From positions 806,001 through 870,000 of the forward strand of contig JBLDXI010000025.1 of assembly GCA_047495785.1 (NCBI GenBank): a DNA stretch of 64,000 nt, written 5' to 3'. Below, piece after piece: positions 60,821-64,000 of this stretch (position 1 is the stretch's first letter; each line of letters starts with the position of its first letter). The notes below the pieces were generated by a model. That model saw only the letters and a program-made list of their open reading frames with translations. It was not told the DNA's origin and searched no databases. The position numbers and the translations under genes are program-made. Origin of the DNA: Lepidodermella squamata (lineage: Eukaryota; Animalia; Gastrotricha).

Positions 60821-62867
60821 ATGTTCACAACAATTTTTCTGAATTTTCTGATAATTTTTGAGCTGAGCTTAATTGCCTCATCCGATGCCCAGCAGTGTCA
60901 AACGCTGTGGGGCCAATGCGCCGGGATGACCTACAAAGGGCCGACCTGCTGTGAGGCCGGTAATTACTGCCGGTTCCAGGACTCGTACTACTCGCAGTGT
61001 GTTCCGAATTCCTACCCGCCACTTACCACACTTTCGACAAATTGTCAGACCTCGTGGCAGCAGTGTGGTGGTATGACGTACAACGGGCCGATATGCTGTG
61101 AAACTGGGTACTATTGCTGGAAAAAGGACGACTACTACTCGCAATGCATACCGAACGATTCGTCGACGCAAGGTGCCGCGACAACAACTACGACAAAAGC
61201 GCCGGCTGTAACGTCCACGACTTCTACGAAAGCGCCTGCGACTACGACGACTACTTCCAAGGCCCCGGCTGCTACAACAACTACTACGAAGGCAACAGCG
61301 GCTACGACTACTTCGACCAAGGCTGCTGTCACTACGACCACGACAACCAAAGCTACTGCAGCTACTACTACTTCGACGAAAGCAGCAGCCACCACAACTA
61401 CCACGACCAAAGCTCCTACAACAACTACAACCAAGGCTACAACAACTACGACAAAGGCTGCAACAACTACTACGTCAGCCGCGTCGAATGGAAGAAGTAA
61501 CTAATTTTATTCGAAGGCTTTCAGGTTGAAAATGATAAGGTAGATAAGGTTAAAAATTCCAGTACGGTAAAAAGCTCGTATCAGTGTTCACACGATTACG
61601 AACGATTACTGTGTAATGTGCATGATGTATGGATATGCGCATGGGGCAATTCCAAGCTAGAGGAAGTTTACCCGAGTTGCAGCCTTCAAATGGAATCCTA
61701 TTCCATTGAGCATGAAACCTTTTGGGGCTTGATATGCATAGCTGAACCTATCGTTACATTTTGACTTAGTCAATATAAGAGTAAATTAGACCTAAAACGG
61801 GAACTCGTCAGGATTTCATTTACAGCTCCAAGATTGGAAAAATTGGATGGTGAAATCCAATGAGTTTCCAATTTTCTGAAACCTCTGAAAACTACCTAAG
61901 CCTTACGCCTGAATCTCTTTTAGCTACCGGTTATATCACGACTTGGGCTGGCGATCCGACCGGCACAACGTGCTCGGGCTATCAAAACTGCGACTCTGGT
62001 TCGATGCTATGCTCCGCTCCGATGAAGCCCTGCACCTGTCAGTCGGGTGTTCAAAAACCAGCCGGGCAGACGGACCCGTCGAACCGTTTCTATTGGTGGT
62101 GCAACCAGGGAAATATCGACGGCAAACTGGTGACCGATGCTGATCGGGCTAAATGCAAAACATGCCAGCTGCAAACCTGCGACCAATGGGACCATCCGGT
62201 CTGCAACGTTAATTGCGGTAATTATTACATCTATCTAGGCATCAAGTTTTACATTCTCTTTGATAACTTTTAGTTCAAAGCCTGTGTAGTGAAATGTTCC
62301 TAGTTAAATATTCCTTTGTTTCCATTAGGCAATCCGATTTGTGTTAGTGGTATCCAAACATATGAAATGGACACGTGCCCGAGTAACCATCAGAAAAACG
62401 TTGCGAAATGCTGCATGTGGGGCGATAAGAACCCGAGTTACTGCGCCTGTGTTGCCTCTGGAAACTGGATGGATGTCAACGCTGCGACTATGAATATACT
62501 TGGTTGTCAAGGCCTGTGCGGAAACGGCACCTGGAATACAGGCCAGTGTTCCGGGACCTACCCTAAGCCGAACCCTGTTGGTTCATTGGCAACATGCGGC
62601 GATTCTTGCACGGATGAAGCACCGCCCGAATCTGGCCAATACTCCTGCGCTCAACAAGCTGGCTGGGGTAAATGCGGTGAGACGTGGATGCAAGGCTTCT
62701 GCTGCAAAACATGCGCCAACGCTGCGAAATGCGGGTCACCGTCTGGGTCTTGTGTGGATGTTTTACCTCCTGGTAATTCTTACACCTGCGATCAGCAGAA
62801 ACAGTGGGGCAAATGCAATGAATCGTGGATGCAGGGCTACTGTCAGAAAACATGCGGAACTTGTTGA
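60821..62867 (+). CDS. Secreted ~502-aa protein: 2xCBM1, Thr-rich linker, expansin/swollenin-like DPBB domain, 2 Cys-rich ShK-like modules (exons 60821-61496, 61924-62217, 62329-62867)
   Basis: CBM1 motifs WGQCAG...GPTCC...YYSQC twice; two phase-1 GT-AG introns give one continuous frame; DPBB-like motifs TTW, CG, DTCP and MDVN. Confidence 0.8.
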
Positions 62868-63463
62868 AAACTCTTACCTAAGAAATATGACAGTTTATTT
62901 TGGTCTCCAACAATTTATTCATACGGCCGCTTAGACTGTGTACCGAAATTCCAATTATCATTAAAACCGGTTCGATAGTAGAACAACACTCATCGTATTT
63001 GTGTTCAACCTAAATTATTTAAATAACTTGTGAACAATCGCAGCCAGTTTGCGAAATTCGCCAGCAAGACCTTCAGTAAAATCCGTAATCACCAAATCAA
63101 TGGACGTATTGTCCTGGCAGTTTTTCTGGAGTCTCAGGGTTCTGGATTCAGCAAAAATCGCAAATTTTCGAAGTTGTTCCTGTCCCCAACAGCCAAATGA
63201 AACAAATGTAGCCTTCATCATTAGTCTCATGAATCCGCACCAGTGTTGGGGATTTGATTTGAAATCAAAATCGAACAAAAATTTCTCTCTCTCCCTCTCT
63301 GAAATCTTTTCTTGATCTCAAAAGCACATATCGAAACCCTGAAATAAAATCCAAAAATTATCTAAATCTCCGGAAATCCAGAAAACGCTGGGAAAACATG
63401 TTTAACAACTACCCGAAACTTGGACAATGACTATCAGGTTTTTACTTGGATCATTGATAATTA

Positions 63464-63962
63464 CAGTGCAACTTAGTTATAACGAACCACTACCGTGCCA
63501 GACCAAAAAGTTCGCTATAAGCAAATATCGTAAAAGCAAAGGCTGAAATTCTGAAATTGTCACCACTTAAATCTGATTCATCGATTTCCGAAAAGCCAGA
63601 CTCTGTCGAAGACTCTTCATAGGGCGAGTAGGAAGACTTATTGGGTTCCTCAACCTCTAGTTTTTACTTTTTCATAACAAAACACTGATTTGTTAAAAGA
63701 AAATTTAGGGCTTTTCCATGAAAGTGCCACGTGTGACATGCGAAAAATACTGAGTTCGTTATAGCAAATGTGTCTAAGGGGTGTTTTGCTGCCGCGGCGC
63801 CAGCTCAAAACGTTCGTTATAGACAAAAGTTAGCTATAAATTGTTCGCTATAGCTAAGGTTGATTACATGCATAAGTGCCTATTTTGGAACGAGCCAACC
63901 AAATTCGTTCCTTATAGCAAAAGTTCGCTATAACACCGGTTCGTTATAACTAAGTTGCACTG
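63464..63962. mobile_element. Tc1/mariner-pogo type MITE
   Basis: Perfect 25-bp TIRs CAGTGCAACTTAGTTATAACGAACC flanked by a TA TSD; internal TTCGYTATA subrepeats. Confidence 0.9.
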
Positions 63963-64000
63963 TACTCACACTGCATCATTCCCCACAAGAGCAAGAACCA

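Noticed and set aside
61135-61500. Val/Ala-rich antisense ORF and Tyr/Asn/Asp-rich alternative-frame ORF
   Set aside because: These are alternative frames of the Thr-rich linker repeat.

Overview
Eukaryotic (invertebrate metazoan-like) genomic DNA: about 40% GC by eye, short GT-AG introns with TTTCAG-type acceptors, and hints of trans-splicing. The species cannot be named from the sequence. The window is dominated by two interleaved, rapidly turning-over gene families. (1) A minus-strand array of multi-exon genes encoding RING (C3HC4) + B-box-like + coiled-coil (RBCC/TRIM-like) fused to a long ankyrin-repeat C-terminus: 4 intact-looking copies, 1 split by a retrotransposon, 1 frameshifted, and several relics. 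(2) Eight ~100-aa secreted single PAN/apple-domain genes with a conserved signal peptide and promoter but variable mature regions. Most lie antisense or convergent to the RBCC-ANK genes, and two are nested inside their introns. A young Ty3/Gypsy element (14520-23272) has an unusual three-LTR structure (a passenger mini-element ending in a different LTR) and a tandem protease/pseudo-protease. Also present: two GH35 beta-galactosidases, an intronless GABA-B-type class C GPCR, a secreted 2xCBM1-linker-expansin-like(DPBB)-2xCys-module protein, a small coiled-coil/DUF1773-like gene and several MITE-like palindromes, one built around tRNA-derived arms. All gene models were assembled by eye from splice signals and frame continuity.
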